Part shown: one piece after another, positions 11,120-22,065 of the stretch
How the letters are laid out: each line of letters opens with the position of its first letter
How positions within the stretch are numbered: the first letter of the stretch is position 1
Notes under the pieces: model-generated
The model's database searches: none
Seen by the model: the letters and a program-made list of their open reading frames with translations, nothing else
Told to the model about the DNA's origin: nothing
Program-made: the position numbers and the translations under genes
Source of the DNA: Perkinsela sp. CCAP 1560/9
Lineage: Eukaryota > Protista > Euglenozoa: Kinetoplastea
Length of the DNA: 64,000 nucleotides
Assembly (NCBI GenBank): GCA_965644495.1
Contig: CBFFSA010000001.1
Location: 992,001-1,056,000 of the forward strand
Direction of reading: 5' to 3'

Positions 11120-12970
11120 ATGAGTCATTGCGAGCTTTCCGTCCAAGATACTACCAATGCCGGCATCGCCCCATACATTTACGATTGTGCTACTCTACGT
11201 TCTTACCGAAAAATTTATTGCGAAACACCACCCGACATGATCGATGTCGAGCATCTACGAGTATCTACGAACGAGGGGGAAGGCGCGGAGGCGCGATCGA
11301 GTGTGTTATCTCGCGATGCCATGCGTACTGGTACGAACGCGCTTGTGATCGGCCACAACGCTTGGTCTTCTCGGCGGAAGCCAAACACGTCAGCGAACGC
11401 TGAATTCGAACGAAAAATGCGTAGTATGCTAAACAAACTTGCGCCAAACAACTACAATGATATTATTCGTACTCTTGATGTGAAGCAGATCTATAACGAC
11501 GAGAACAAAATGATGATCACCGTACAACAAATCTTTGAGAAAGCGTTGCAAGAGCCTATGTACTCGCAGATTTATGTCAATTTTTGTTTGGAAATTTTTC
11601 TTCAAGCTCCTGAAGGTGCCCGAGGGTCACAGGCTTTGTTATTCAAAAGACAAGTTATTAATCAAACACAACGTGAATTTGAAGACATGATGGACGCCCT
11701 GGCAAAAGAGAATCCTTCCGAAGACGAGTTAACTGTAACTTCTAGTGACAAATGGAAACGACGAAAGTATGCCATCATGAAATTCATAGGTGAACTGTAT
11801 TTAGCAAGTATTTTGTCGCGCGATACCATCAAACTTGTGTCCGACAGACTCTTAAATACGTACGAAGAAGATCTTCCGGAGGTCAAATGGCTTGAAATGG
11901 TCTGCACACTCTTGAAGATTGTCGGACGCCGCTTCGAGGTTGATTTTCCAGACCAAATGAGTGTCTCAATGGAAGTTATTAGCGAACTCATTCAACTGGA
12001 TTTCTATGCTCCACGTATTCATTTTATGCTTCAAGATGTATTAGAGACACGAGATTCGAAATGGGTAGCTCGGGTGCAAAAAGCAGATGAACTGCACGTG
12101 GAGATGCGTCCCGCACATTCGTGCGATTCTCTCTCCGCGTACGGAGACACAGACTCTAGAAAGACATCCACTCCGACGTTAGAAACTCCGACAAGAGGAG
12201 GATCCAATCGCTCAAGCGGATTTCCTCCATCTATGCGAAGAAGTTCTAGCAGGGTTGACATTGCGGCACGAGCTACAACTAGTCCATCTACTTCTCGACC
12301 TCGGAGAATCACTGTTGCTAGAAAAGTATTGCCCCCTCGACTACTCGAAGGTGAGTCACGGACGGACGCACTGAAGCTCAATCCATTGAACGTAACAGAC
12401 GTGCGAAACACGTTACTTACTGTGATGTATGACTTTTGTCTACTTGGAAAACGAGAGGATACGGTGGGTAATTTCCTCTTTAATTCCTCATGGGACATCA
12501 TGGATTTAAACGATGCGTTAAGTACAGCGCTTTCCATTGCTATTAGCGAGGAGGCAATGGTGGACGCTCCCCGATTTGTTTCTCGTTGGCTTCGTCTTGG
12601 TCGTCAGTTAACCCAGTGTAAATTGAGCCTTCTGGTCAATCTTCTCGCAGCTTCGATGAAACATTGTTATCGGTACAACGGATCAGTGGAAGGCGCTGAG
12701 GAAACGTTAAAAGAAGTAGTGGCAGAAATATGGGACGACTTTCTCAGTGTGCAGGAGAAGGATAAAGTTGATGCGACGCAAAGCATCCTTGAAGGTCTAT
12801 CGACATTGAGTTCGGTTGCTAGCTGTTCTTCGGTGCTTGTTGAAAAACTAGCTATGCGAGCATCTCGATCTTCCAGGATTAGTCGCGAATCTACCGCATC
12901 GTGGTTCGGTGAGAAGCAGAATTCGGCTAGCGACATGGTTTCCAAATTGAAACCATACTTTTTGTCGTAG
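11120..12970 (+). CDS. eIF4G-family protein (MIF4G domain)
   Basis: RSMLNKLAPNNY, IFEKALQEPMYSQIY, KFIGELY, RIHFMLQDV; N-terminal YDCATLR resembles the YxxxxL-phi eIF4E-binding motif. Confidence 0.9.
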   Translation: MSHCELSVQDTTNAGIAPYIYDCATLRSYRKIYCETPPDMIDVEHLRVSTNEGEGAEARSSVLSRDAMRTGTNALVIGHNAWSSRRKPNTSANAEFERKMRSMLNKLAPNNYNDIIRTLDVKQIYNDENKMMITVQQIFEKALQEPMYSQIYVNFCLEIFLQAPEGARGSQALLFKRQVINQTQREFEDMMDALAKENPSEDELTVTSSDKWKRRKYAIMKFIGELYLASILSRDTIKLVSDRLLNTYEEDLPEVKWLEMVCTLLKIVGRRFEVDFPDQMSVSMEVISELIQLDFYAPRIHFMLQDVLETRDSKWVARVQKADELHVEMRPAHSCDSLSAYGDTDSRKTSTPTLETPTRGGSNRSSGFPPSMRRSSSRVDIAARATTSPSTSRPRRITVARKVLPPRLLEGESRTDALKLNPLNVTDVRNTLLTVMYDFCLLGKREDTVGNFLFNSSWDIMDLNDALSTALSIAISEEAMVDAPRFVSRWLRLGRQLTQCKLSLLVNLLAASMKHCYRYNGSVEGAEETLKEVVAEIWDDFLSVQEKDKVDATQSILEGLSTLSSVASCSSVLVEKLAMRASRSSRISRESTASWFGEKQNSASDMVSKLKPYFLS

Positions 12971-13599
12971 TTTATCCATTAATAGATTCCTCCAAGTGGA
13001 TGCCTAAAGTATCAATTCTCAAAGAGCAGAAATATATGACTAATCATAGCAGATTTAAAAGTTGTTTTAGGAAATACAGTATTCGCCATGATGTTTTTAT
13101 AGAAGTTTGTATTTGAAGGTACTATTACTGGTCATGATGACACAGCGTAGGTCTACAAATGGAGAGTTCTGCTCTTGAATTGTGTCGTGAAGCGGAGAAT
13201 TCCCTTTAATAATGAGATCCATTTCTTTGATAAATAAAAAACGAAGTGTTTTTACTACAAACTTGCCCTTAATTCCTTATTTACATGCATGTAAATCTCC
13301 CTAGTACGACAGTACCATATCATGCACTGTACTATTCGTACAAAGTACGAAAGTTGGCACTTTTTGATCTTATTTGTGAATTTGGGAGCATTCGAAATTG
13401 AAGTCAGCAGTAGTTTCATCTTGAGAAATGATCTATAGATTTAAGAGAGTTCCTTGTGTGTACATCAGTTTAATCTTTTCATCTCCGACCTAATTTATAT
13501 TTCTCCGCATGCTTAGAAAATTTTACGGTGGAGCGGGCGGCTTCAATGAAAGCGAGACAAGTTAGCGCCCACATCCACTTTACGTACCTCTCTTACTTT

Positions 13600-13880
13600 A
13601 CGTACCTCTCAGCGTGCGACACCTCCTAGCTCTCTCATGCAAGAAGTTCCCGAGACCAAAAATATTCATGAGCTCCAAAACAAATTCATTGCTTTCGACA
13701 CACGTGATGTGTGGGAACTGCAGAATAGACTTCTCGTGCAGTGTGTACCTACTTACTTTACGAGTGTTATTAACTTTGTAGGTGTACCAAAACCTCGTAT
13801 CCATCCAATGTGCCATAGCGCTGTACTGTACACCACTTGTCTTTAAACCCCTTTGCCCCCATGGTGCGGCCATGCGTCTT
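13600..13880 (-). pseudogene. Possible highly decayed pogo-like transposase fragment
   Basis: Minus-strand HWMDTRFWY...KSIL, then frameshifted CSSHTS, resembling DDE_1 WM / LLLDxxxxH motifs. Confidence 0.3.
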
Positions 13881-14172
13881 AAACAAACTTATTACGGAAT
13901 TGTAATAATATTCGTAAGCAAAAAAAAATTGAAGGTCGTGAAATTGTGGCGGAGTTTCAAGATTTCTCTGTTGATCTGTTGTTTCCTTCACGAAATGATT
14001 AAGAATGTCTCCCACCTATTGAGGAACCCCATTTGTTGGGGCGCAAATCTTAATTTGCATGAGAATCATAGACAACACAATGATTTTTTTCGCTTTCAGT
14101 CCTCTGAACGCTTCGTGATGTAAGCGGAATATTACATTGTAAAAGCAAAAAAAAATCTTATACACATACATA

Positions 14173-15730
14173 CAGGGGTGGGCGCCTTCAGAGTGGGGGA
14201 GTCTAAAATTCGTAAAACTTGATCAATTTTGGAAAGTAATAGCGCATTCGAGAGCTCTCAAATAGTCTGGTGTAATGGAAACATCCGTTTCCCGTTTTTA
14301 GACATTCGAGATAAATGACAGAAAAACAAGGAATTTATTTTTCCCCGAAGATGCAATTTTTCAGTTTTTTTGGCTTTTTTTAGTTTTTTTGCGCCGTTAA
14401 TGCCTCAGAAACGTGTACGATCGCGAACATCACGGTTTCCCTTCCAGAGAGATGCTTATTCACCACCTGGGAAGGTAAGGCCGTCGCATCGCATGCTTCT
14501 CGTAGACCATTACTTTCGTTCTGGGTCCTACAATGCTACAGCACGCCACTTTGAAGTAGCGGAGAGCACTGTGAAGCGATGGGTCATTCGTTACAGCGAA
14601 ACTGGTGATGTCGAAAGCATTCCCAGACGTCTGAATTTTACAGTTAGGACATCACTGTTTATCGGAGAAGCACTCCGCATAGTAGATGAGGGTACACGGG
14701 ATCTTCCTTATGGTGTGGAATCATGGTGCGCTCTACATCGCGAACTTCTATCCAGAGGGTTTCAGTGTTCCAGACGCACTTTGGCTCGAGCTTTGAAGCC
14801 CGATATTATCCTCCGCGTAGTTCAGCGTAAACCACGACTAACCCAACAGCATAAAGACGTTAGAGTCCGATTCTGTAAGGACATGTCGGGCTGGAGCGAA
14901 CACCAGCTTGATAATATTATTTGGTGTGATGAGAAAAAGTTTACCTGCAAGAAGTCTACCAAAAACACCTACCTTTGCCGACGGTCCGACCCTGTAAAAG
15001 AGCAGCTAGGTGAGCTGGAAGCGTGGGTAGGGGGCGATGGTATAATGGTGTGGATGGGGGTAAGCATAAAGCATGGATTTCATCTGCACATTTTTGCTAA
15101 TAGAGATGAGCAGGGAAATAGAGTTACTGTGAACGGGGCTGTTTTCGAAGCTGCCATGACCAAGCGTAATGGTCTTTTGAACTACCTACACAGGCACCGT
15201 GCAGTTGTTGCTATGGACAATTGCCCTGCGCACAACTTGGCAAGGTGTACTTTTCAGCAGCAAAACGTGCGAACGCTTCCCTGGCCCGCAAAGTCACCGG
15301 ATCTCAACCCCATCGAAAACTTGTGGAATATCATGGATCAGCACAAGGATCGCATGCGACCACGCAATCGCGCAGATCTCCTCTCTTCTATCGAGAGTGC
15401 ATACGAGGCACTTCAAACCGATCTCAAAAGTACTTGCGTGAAGACCATAAAGAGTGTCTCCAGGCGCTTTCAAATCGTTATTGAGAAAAAAGGGGGAAAT
15501 TGTGGGTACTGAGATTTTTTTTGGAAAAAAAGGACTTTTTCGCTTAAAAAATAAAGTTGCAATTCGTGTTTGGGACCATTCTAGCTTTCTTTGATTCCCG
15601 TAAACTTTCGCAGAGTGCTTTTTACGATTACACCAGACTATTTGAGAGCTCTCGAATGCGCTATTACTTTCCAAAATTGAACAAGTTTTACGAATTTTAG
15701 ACCCCCCCACTCTGAAGGTGCCCACCCATG
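14173..15730 (+). mobile_element. Complete Tc1/mariner (IS630-Tc1) DNA transposon
   Basis: 104-bp TIRs (14173-14276 and 15627-15730, 4 mismatches), TA on both sides, single intact transposase. Confidence 0.96.
14400..15512 (+). CDS. Tc1-like transposase, DD32E
   Basis: N-terminal HTH (TARHFEVAESTVKRWV), WCDEKKF, MDNCPAH, WPAKSPDLNPIENLW. Confidence 0.95.
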   Translation: MPQKRVRSRTSRFPFQRDAYSPPGKVRPSHRMLLVDHYFRSGSYNATARHFEVAESTVKRWVIRYSETGDVESIPRRLNFTVRTSLFIGEALRIVDEGTRDLPYGVESWCALHRELLSRGFQCSRRTLARALKPDIILRVVQRKPRLTQQHKDVRVRFCKDMSGWSEHQLDNIIWCDEKKFTCKKSTKNTYLCRRSDPVKEQLGELEAWVGGDGIMVWMGVSIKHGFHLHIFANRDEQGNRVTVNGAVFEAAMTKRNGLLNYLHRHRAVVAMDNCPAHNLARCTFQQQNVRTLPWPAKSPDLNPIENLWNIMDQHKDRMRPRNRADLLSSIESAYEALQTDLKSTCVKTIKSVSRRFQIVIEKKGGNCGY

Positions 15731-16269
15731 TATATACATATGATTTTATATTTACTTATATTTAGTAATACACGTATATTTATACGCTTTTATATTTACG
15801 GAAGGCTTTAAGGAGTAAACAATATCGTTTCATTCAACAGTATCGTATCAAAAAAATAGTATCTTTTTTTATGTCTTATAAAGTTGAGTAAGTGTCGTTT
15901 CCATTCTTGTTCCATCTGATGCAATTCATAATAATCCTTGAAATCTTATTCACTTCAGTCTAATTGATGATCGAAAATACGTCTGATAGTCTAATTGTGA
16001 AGCTATGAAGATAATATACAAATGTATAAACCGGTTTTTAATTGGTAATGTGACACTTAAACTTCTTTGTGCTTATTTTTTTAAAGTCTTTATTTTTATC
16101 AGTTTTTCTCGCCTTGAAATAATACGCTTTCCTTTGTGAAGCTTCGTTTCATACTGGTTCGTCGTTTAAATTAAGCGAGGAGTAGTTACAGAATCTATCT
16201 TGTGATCTTATAAATTATAAGCTTCGCGAAACTGTCTTATGTATTTTTCTTATTCCACTGTATATTTTG

Positions 16270-17025
16270 ATGCATCTCATAGTGTTCACCTCGGATATGA
16301 TGGGATGTACTCTCGACGTTGATGACAATATTTCTACAAGAGGAATTTTTGAAGCCATAGAAAGAAAACTTGATATACCAACTGGTCAACAGAAGATTAC
16401 TTTTCCCAACCAGCAAACATACACAGAACAGCAGGCAAATAACGCTAATATCAGCGATCTCTCTTTAAGCAATAAAAATACTCTCTACGTTCAAAGAACA
16501 GATTCGACAGTTTCTAGATTGACCAACTCGGTACCTCAAGATGACTTTAATGCCGAATCACAGCGTATAGCCTATGAAAAGATTCAAGCTCAAAATCTAT
16601 CGGATAACATTGCCCTTGGTTACGAACATAATCCCGAGTCTTTAGTTCCTATGCCCTTGCTCTACGTGCAGGGAATGATCAATCAAGTCCCCCTAAAGGC
16701 CTTAATTGATACCGGAGCTCAGATGTCGATAATGAGTCAGGAGTGCGCAGAGAAATGTGGGTTAATTCGGCTTCTTGATAGACGCTTTCAGGGAATAGCT
16801 CGCGGTATAGGATCTGGATGTATCATCGGCAGGGTACATATGGCACTGCTCCAACTGCACGATACATCGCTTCCAATTACGCTAACCATTGTAGAAAAAA
16901 TCAGTACTAGTGACATAAATTTCATTCTAGGCATTGACCAATTGCGGAGACATCAGGCATGTATAGACTTAAAAACCTTAACTTTGCGTATAGAAGATGT
17001 TTCTATTCCCTTTGTTTTGGATTAG
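16270..17025 (+). CDS. DDI1: DNA damage-inducible protein 1 (UBL plus retropepsin-like aspartyl protease)
   Basis: N-terminal ubiquitin-like region, NPE, LYV...KALIDTGAQMSIMS, CGLIRLLDRRFQGIARGIG, ILGIDQLRRHQACIDL; no UBA. Confidence 0.92.
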   Translation: MHLIVFTSDMMGCTLDVDDNISTRGIFEAIERKLDIPTGQQKITFPNQQTYTEQQANNANISDLSLSNKNTLYVQRTDSTVSRLTNSVPQDDFNAESQRIAYEKIQAQNLSDNIALGYEHNPESLVPMPLLYVQGMINQVPLKALIDTGAQMSIMSQECAEKCGLIRLLDRRFQGIARGIGSGCIIGRVHMALLQLHDTSLPITLTIVEKISTSDINFILGIDQLRRHQACIDLKTLTLRIEDVSIPFVLD

Positions 17026-17187
17026 CGCATTATCGACTTCAATGTCGAATTTTGGTACTTTATCACATGCAACTGCAATTTGTTTTTCTAAATTTCGTTG
17101 TCTGCCCAATTCAGTGCAAGGCTCTATTTTTTCATGCGTCGAACTAACGATTATTATTATATTATTTCCTCTACAAAAAAGACGAAA

Positions 17188-20100
17188 ATGAGCGGAACTG
17201 ATGAAGAAAATAATTTAGAGTCAAACGTAAAAAGTGCTTTGGATAACATTCAGGAAGACGATGATTTGTTTGACCCAAACTTTGACCCTGAAACTCAGAG
17301 CGGTATGTACCGCGAACCTGAGAGGAAGAAATCTCGCAGACAGGCACAGAGGGCAGATCGGGCGGCTCGTGTCAAAAAAGAGAAGGAAACACGTGCGAAC
17401 GAAAAAAAGGAGCAAAAGAAAGAAATGAAATCTACTGTGAAACCGGCTCCGAAGGTTAGTATTCTACAAAGTCTTACTTCTGCCCCTGCAAATACCTCCC
17501 AACTCTCCGGTGGCATGCAGGGAATCGCTTTTGAACCTAGTGCAATAGAGGACCTAGATCAACGTATACATACTCTGTTGCACTCGGATAATACACTGTT
17601 CGACGACAACGAAAGCGATGAAGAGCCAGATTTAAATGCGATTTTGTTCGGAACGGGAATACAAAAATATCAGCCTAGAGACAATTTGAGGAAAGAAACT
17701 GATGAAGAGATAAAGACAACTATCACAGAGTCCGCAAAGCACGTCGCCCATGACATGCCACAAGACTTACCCCCAACCGGGCAGTTTCGCAACGACAACA
17801 CAAAAGAATTTCTTCAATGTTCCTCTCCTCCCGCAGGTCCCTCGCGATTTACTGCAGCCAGGAAAATTGTGCCAGACGTCTCGCAAGCTGCTTCGACTTC
17901 CGCAACGCATGAGATTAAAATGGAATTTTTGTCGTCTTCTCATATTTCAACTCCTATGAAGTCGGAGATTAAAGTCGAGCCAGGGCCTGTACTTCCCTCC
18001 GGAGAATCGCTTGAAATGTATTGGATTGATGCGCGGGAATTACCGCGGTCGAAAGATGTTTATTTCTTCGGTAAAATGTGCAGAGGAAACACTGAGTGGC
18101 AGAGTTGTAGTCTTCGCGTCCGCAATCCAGAGCACGTATTGTTTATTTTGCCTCGCATCACTCTGGAGGATGGAACGGAAAACTCGTTTGAACTTGTTGT
18201 GCAAGAACTTACTGAGCTTTGCCAGAAAGTTGGCATACGTCGTCGGTATTTTAAGAAAGTTGAACGGTGGTATGCTTTTGGAAAGCCTAACGTACCAACA
18301 GAGAAAACAACTTGGGTAAAAATGAGGTATTCAGCAATGGATCCTTCATTGCCTCTGGAAAATCGTAAGCATAAAACTTTTACAGAGGTATTCGGACAAC
18401 ATCGTTCATGTCTAGAAAATCTTCTACTGAAGAGGCGCATAATGGGTCCTTGCTGGTTACAGATTGACAATCCCATATCTGTCTTGCCCGGTCGCCGTGT
18501 TACGTATTGTAGTGAAGAGTTCGAAATAGAAGGCATGAAACAAATTCACACATTGTCAAGTGATGTACATCGTCCGTCCCCAAAATTGTGCTTATGTAGC
18601 ATCAATCTTATTACTGAATTGAATGCGAAGCGAAAAACGAACGAAATTCTTGGCATTAGTGTTCTAACGTTGCGTTCCATGGACACTGAGCAAGGAAGTA
18701 AGTTGGAGAACACACAAAAGGTTTTCTGGACCGGGTTACGTAAACCGGAACCAGATTCGCTTTTGCCATTTGGGCTAGAGGAGCTTTTTTTGAGCCGTAA
18801 ACTTCCGAGTCCAGAGATCATGAACAATGAAAAAACACTGCTCGAAAATTTCTTGTCATATTTGCTTATGGAAGATCCCGACATCGTTGTTGGTCACAAT
18901 TTTTATTCCTTTCATCTAGATGTTTTACTGCATCGCTTGAGTGCCCTTAAGGTTGCCAATTGGTCTCGGTTGGGTCGGCTTCGCCTGCATGAAATTCCAA
19001 AGCTTCAAGCAGGGGTTGGGGGTATGGCAGAGTCCTCTGCTGCTGAGCGTGAAGTGCTAGCTGGACGTCTTTGTTGCGATACATATTTGATTGCTAAGGA
19101 ATACGTCAAAGCTACAAGCTACAATTTGGGAGATTTGGCTGCACAGCTAAATTTGTCGGGAACTGGTATCTCGAACTTAGCCGGAGGTGAAGAAAACGCA
19201 CGTTCAGAGGAGGAACAGCCTCCATCTCGCCAAATGAGCACTAAAGATGGTGTTTTTGGCGTCGTATCAAATTGTATGCAGAAAGCTTTTTATGCAACCG
19301 GACTGGCCTTGTTTTTGGATATCATACCGCTCACCAAGAGAATGACTACACTAGCTGGTAACGTATGGTCGCGCACGATGAATGGCGCACGCGCCGAGCG
19401 AATTGAATTTCTTTTGTTACATAAGTTTTACGCTAACAAATTTGTGTTGCCGGACAAGCCATCCTTCAAACTTCTACAAAATGATGCTAAGGACAATGAA
19501 GAGGACACCGAGGCACGTGAAATCGGCGGGAAACGGAAGGCTAAATATATGGGTGGTATGGTATTGGAACCCCGACGTGGTCTGTACACCGACTATGTTC
19601 TTTTGCTCGACTTTAATAGCTTGTATCCTAGCATCATCCAAGAGTTTAACATTTGTTTTACGACAGTACGCCATACTTTGAGCAGTGCAGATAGTGAGAC
19701 GGCAATAGCGAGTTTACCCACCCCTGATCAATTGATTTGTGAAGACTGTGCCCGCAAGAGTTTACAAGGACCTTGTAAACATCGAAATATACTTCCCAAA
19801 GTTCTCAAAGAGTTGGTAGATAGTCGAAGAGAGGTCAAAAAGCTAATACATTCAGTGAAACAGGAAGACAAACGAAGGCAGCTAGAAATTAGACAAAAAG
19901 CTCTAAAACTTACTGCAAATTCCATGTACGGTTGTTTAGGTTTTTGTTACAGTAGATTCTACGCACAATTTTTGGCTGAATTAATTACGCAGCAAGGTAG
20001 AGATGCACTGACACAAGCTGTAGAACTTGTTCCACGAATTAATCCGAATTTGCAAGTGATATATGGTGATACCGACTCCGTCATGATCAGCACAGGTATT

Positions 20101-21696
20101 ACACAAGATTTGGCCGCAGTACGTGCAGTTGCGCAGCAAATAAAAGACGCGGTTAACAAGAGCTACAAAACTTTGGAAATCGATATTGATGGAATATTTC
20201 GCACAATGTTGCTTGTTCGAAAGAAAAAGTATGCTGCCCTGCAAGTGGTGGATTTTATGGAAAAGGGTATCAAAATGCGTCGAGAAATCAAGGGACTAGA
20301 TGTTGTTCGTCGAGAGTGGTGTGCTCTATCGAAAAATGCATGCAATTTTATTCTTGAAGCCATTCTTACTGAAAATCCGCAAGAAAAAGAAACTTCAGAA
20401 ATGATTACAGACTACCTTTTGAAACTCGCAGAAAGGATAAAGAATCATGAGATATCATTAGATGACCTTGTTGTTTACAAGAGTCTCGCGAAAGAACCAA
20501 AGGAGTATCAAAACGTCGCAGATCATCCTCATGTATGTGTGGCCCTTCGTATGAAAGAGCGTAACGAGTCAGTTCAAGTCGGGGATCTGATTCCGTACAT
20601 CGTGTGTGAAGCCGAAACTACGGATTCTGTGCCAAGCAATGGTACAAAGTTATCACAACGTTGTTTTCATCCATTTGAAATGAAGGAAAATTCCAGTATC
20701 CGGCCAGATATTTTGTGGTACGTAAACACGCAGTTATTCCCCCCTGTCACACGACTTCTAGAACACATTGATGGGTGTAATCTTGAAATGGTTGCTGAAG
20801 CTATGGGACTAGATCCTAAAAAAGTGGTGCATACAAGTTCGACCTCTGCGATTCATATCGATCAAGAAAAGGAGAAATTTGTACAGGCTCAGCGATATGC
20901 AAATCCTGAAGAGGTGTTTGTAAAAGCATCACACCTTTCTGTACAATGTCCCCGTATAAAATGTCGCTCTACCATTACCATTCAGCCCCACAAATATTTT
21001 TTAGAAAAAGCATTCGCCCTAGTAGAACGACTTTTGGATCCGAAATCAGACCTCACAAATATGAAATCGTTGATCCAGCCTCATCCTTGGTATTCTTGTC
21101 CAGGTTGCAGCTTCGAAATTCCTTTTAAATACGTGATGAACTGTGTAACGCTAAGCGCTCGAAAAGCGCAGGGTAACTACTACACCAAACACGTAAACTT
21201 CTCTTTACACTTAACTCAGGATGAGATGCTGGAGGATGAGCAAAGTGAACGGATCACTGAAGATGTGCTTCGTCAGCAATTCGATTATTTTGAAGCACTG
21301 TTTAGCACACGGCATATTTTGTCATATGTGGAAGGTCGCATTCAAGATAAAATTATTGAAAACCAAGGTGTATGGGGGACGCTGTACACCGTGCTTGAGC
21401 GCTTACACCCGCCATCTATCTCTCACGACGCGACTGGACTTGCCAAAGCCCTAGTCTGGGTTGTGCACCAGCACACTATCTGTAGGGAATTTGTGGAGGG
21501 TGACTTGGTCGGCCAGCCCCTTTCTGTAGCTCAGTTTGATGCAGCCGTTAGAAGATCCGCTTCGGATACATTGCCCCCGCAAGGCTACGATTACTACTTC
21601 GATTTGCATCACCTAGCGCAGCGTTATCAGCACAGTGCTGTCGGACAATATATTCCGTTATCGGATCTGTTTGGTGAGATGGGCCTTGCGAGGTAA
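17188..21696 (+). CDS. POLA1: DNA polymerase alpha catalytic subunit
   Basis: Family B motifs LLDFNSLYPSIIQEFNICF, QKALKLTANSMYGCLG, VIYGDTDS, KKKYAAL; MYWIDA, WSRLGRL, C-terminal Cys motifs. Confidence 0.96.
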   Translation: MSGTDEENNLESNVKSALDNIQEDDDLFDPNFDPETQSGMYREPERKKSRRQAQRADRAARVKKEKETRANEKKEQKKEMKSTVKPAPKVSILQSLTSAPANTSQLSGGMQGIAFEPSAIEDLDQRIHTLLHSDNTLFDDNESDEEPDLNAILFGTGIQKYQPRDNLRKETDEEIKTTITESAKHVAHDMPQDLPPTGQFRNDNTKEFLQCSSPPAGPSRFTAARKIVPDVSQAASTSATHEIKMEFLSSSHISTPMKSEIKVEPGPVLPSGESLEMYWIDARELPRSKDVYFFGKMCRGNTEWQSCSLRVRNPEHVLFILPRITLEDGTENSFELVVQELTELCQKVGIRRRYFKKVERWYAFGKPNVPTEKTTWVKMRYSAMDPSLPLENRKHKTFTEVFGQHRSCLENLLLKRRIMGPCWLQIDNPISVLPGRRVTYCSEEFEIEGMKQIHTLSSDVHRPSPKLCLCSINLITELNAKRKTNEILGISVLTLRSMDTEQGSKLENTQKVFWTGLRKPEPDSLLPFGLEELFLSRKLPSPEIMNNEKTLLENFLSYLLMEDPDIVVGHNFYSFHLDVLLHRLSALKVANWSRLGRLRLHEIPKLQAGVGGMAESSAAEREVLAGRLCCDTYLIAKEYVKATSYNLGDLAAQLNLSGTGISNLAGGEENARSEEEQPPSRQMSTKDGVFGVVSNCMQKAFYATGLALFLDIIPLTKRMTTLAGNVWSRTMNGARAERIEFLLLHKFYANKFVLPDKPSFKLLQNDAKDNEEDTEAREIGGKRKAKYMGGMVLEPRRGLYTDYVLLLDFNSLYPSIIQEFNICFTTVRHTLSSADSETAIASLPTPDQLICEDCARKSLQGPCKHRNILPKVLKELVDSRREVKKLIHSVKQEDKRRQLEIRQKALKLTANSMYGCLGFCYSRFYAQFLAELITQQGRDALTQAVELVPRINPNLQVIYGDTDSVMISTGITQDLAAVRAVAQQIKDAVNKSYKTLEIDIDGIFRTMLLVRKKKYAALQVVDFMEKGIKMRREIKGLDVVRREWCALSKNACNFILEAILTENPQEKETSEMITDYLLKLAERIKNHEISLDDLVVYKSLAKEPKEYQNVADHPHVCVALRMKERNESVQVGDLIPYIVCEAETTDSVPSNGTKLSQRCFHPFEMKENSSIRPDILWYVNTQLFPPVTRLLEHIDGCNLEMVAEAMGLDPKKVVHTSSTSAIHIDQEKEKFVQAQRYANPEEVFVKASHLSVQCPRIKCRSTITIQPHKYFLEKAFALVERLLDPKSDLTNMKSLIQPHPWYSCPGCSFEIPFKYVMNCVTLSARKAQGNYYTKHVNFSLHLTQDEMLEDEQSERITEDVLRQQFDYFEALFSTRHILSYVEGRIQDKIIENQGVWGTLYTVLERLHPPSISHDATGLAKALVWVVHQHTICREFVEGDLVGQPLSVAQFDAAVRRSASDTLPPQGYDYYFDLHHLAQRYQHSAVGQYIPLSDLFGEMGLAR

Positions 21697-22065
21697 TACT
21701 AATTTTACACGTAAGTAGCATAGTAGTTAGTAGTGTTAGTAGCGTAGCAGTACGTGTTACAAGAGCAAACTGGTAAAACACTGAAGATAAATTATTCTCT
21801 GGTCAAAAAAGCACGAATATGAGAAACCTATTACGACGGAAAATAAAAGAAATGATAGACCTAACATACATGAAATGCATGAACACAATAAGGACATGCT
21901 AAAACGATTGAATGGGTGCACGTTCGGCTGTCTTTTAACCAAATTATAGTTTTTCTGGTTGATTCAAGTCAGCTTATCAGTCAAATTATATGTGATGTAA
22001 GTATTACAAAACTAAAGAAATTCTATGGGCTTATCTTAGTGCTTTTTCTCATCTTCTAAATTAAT

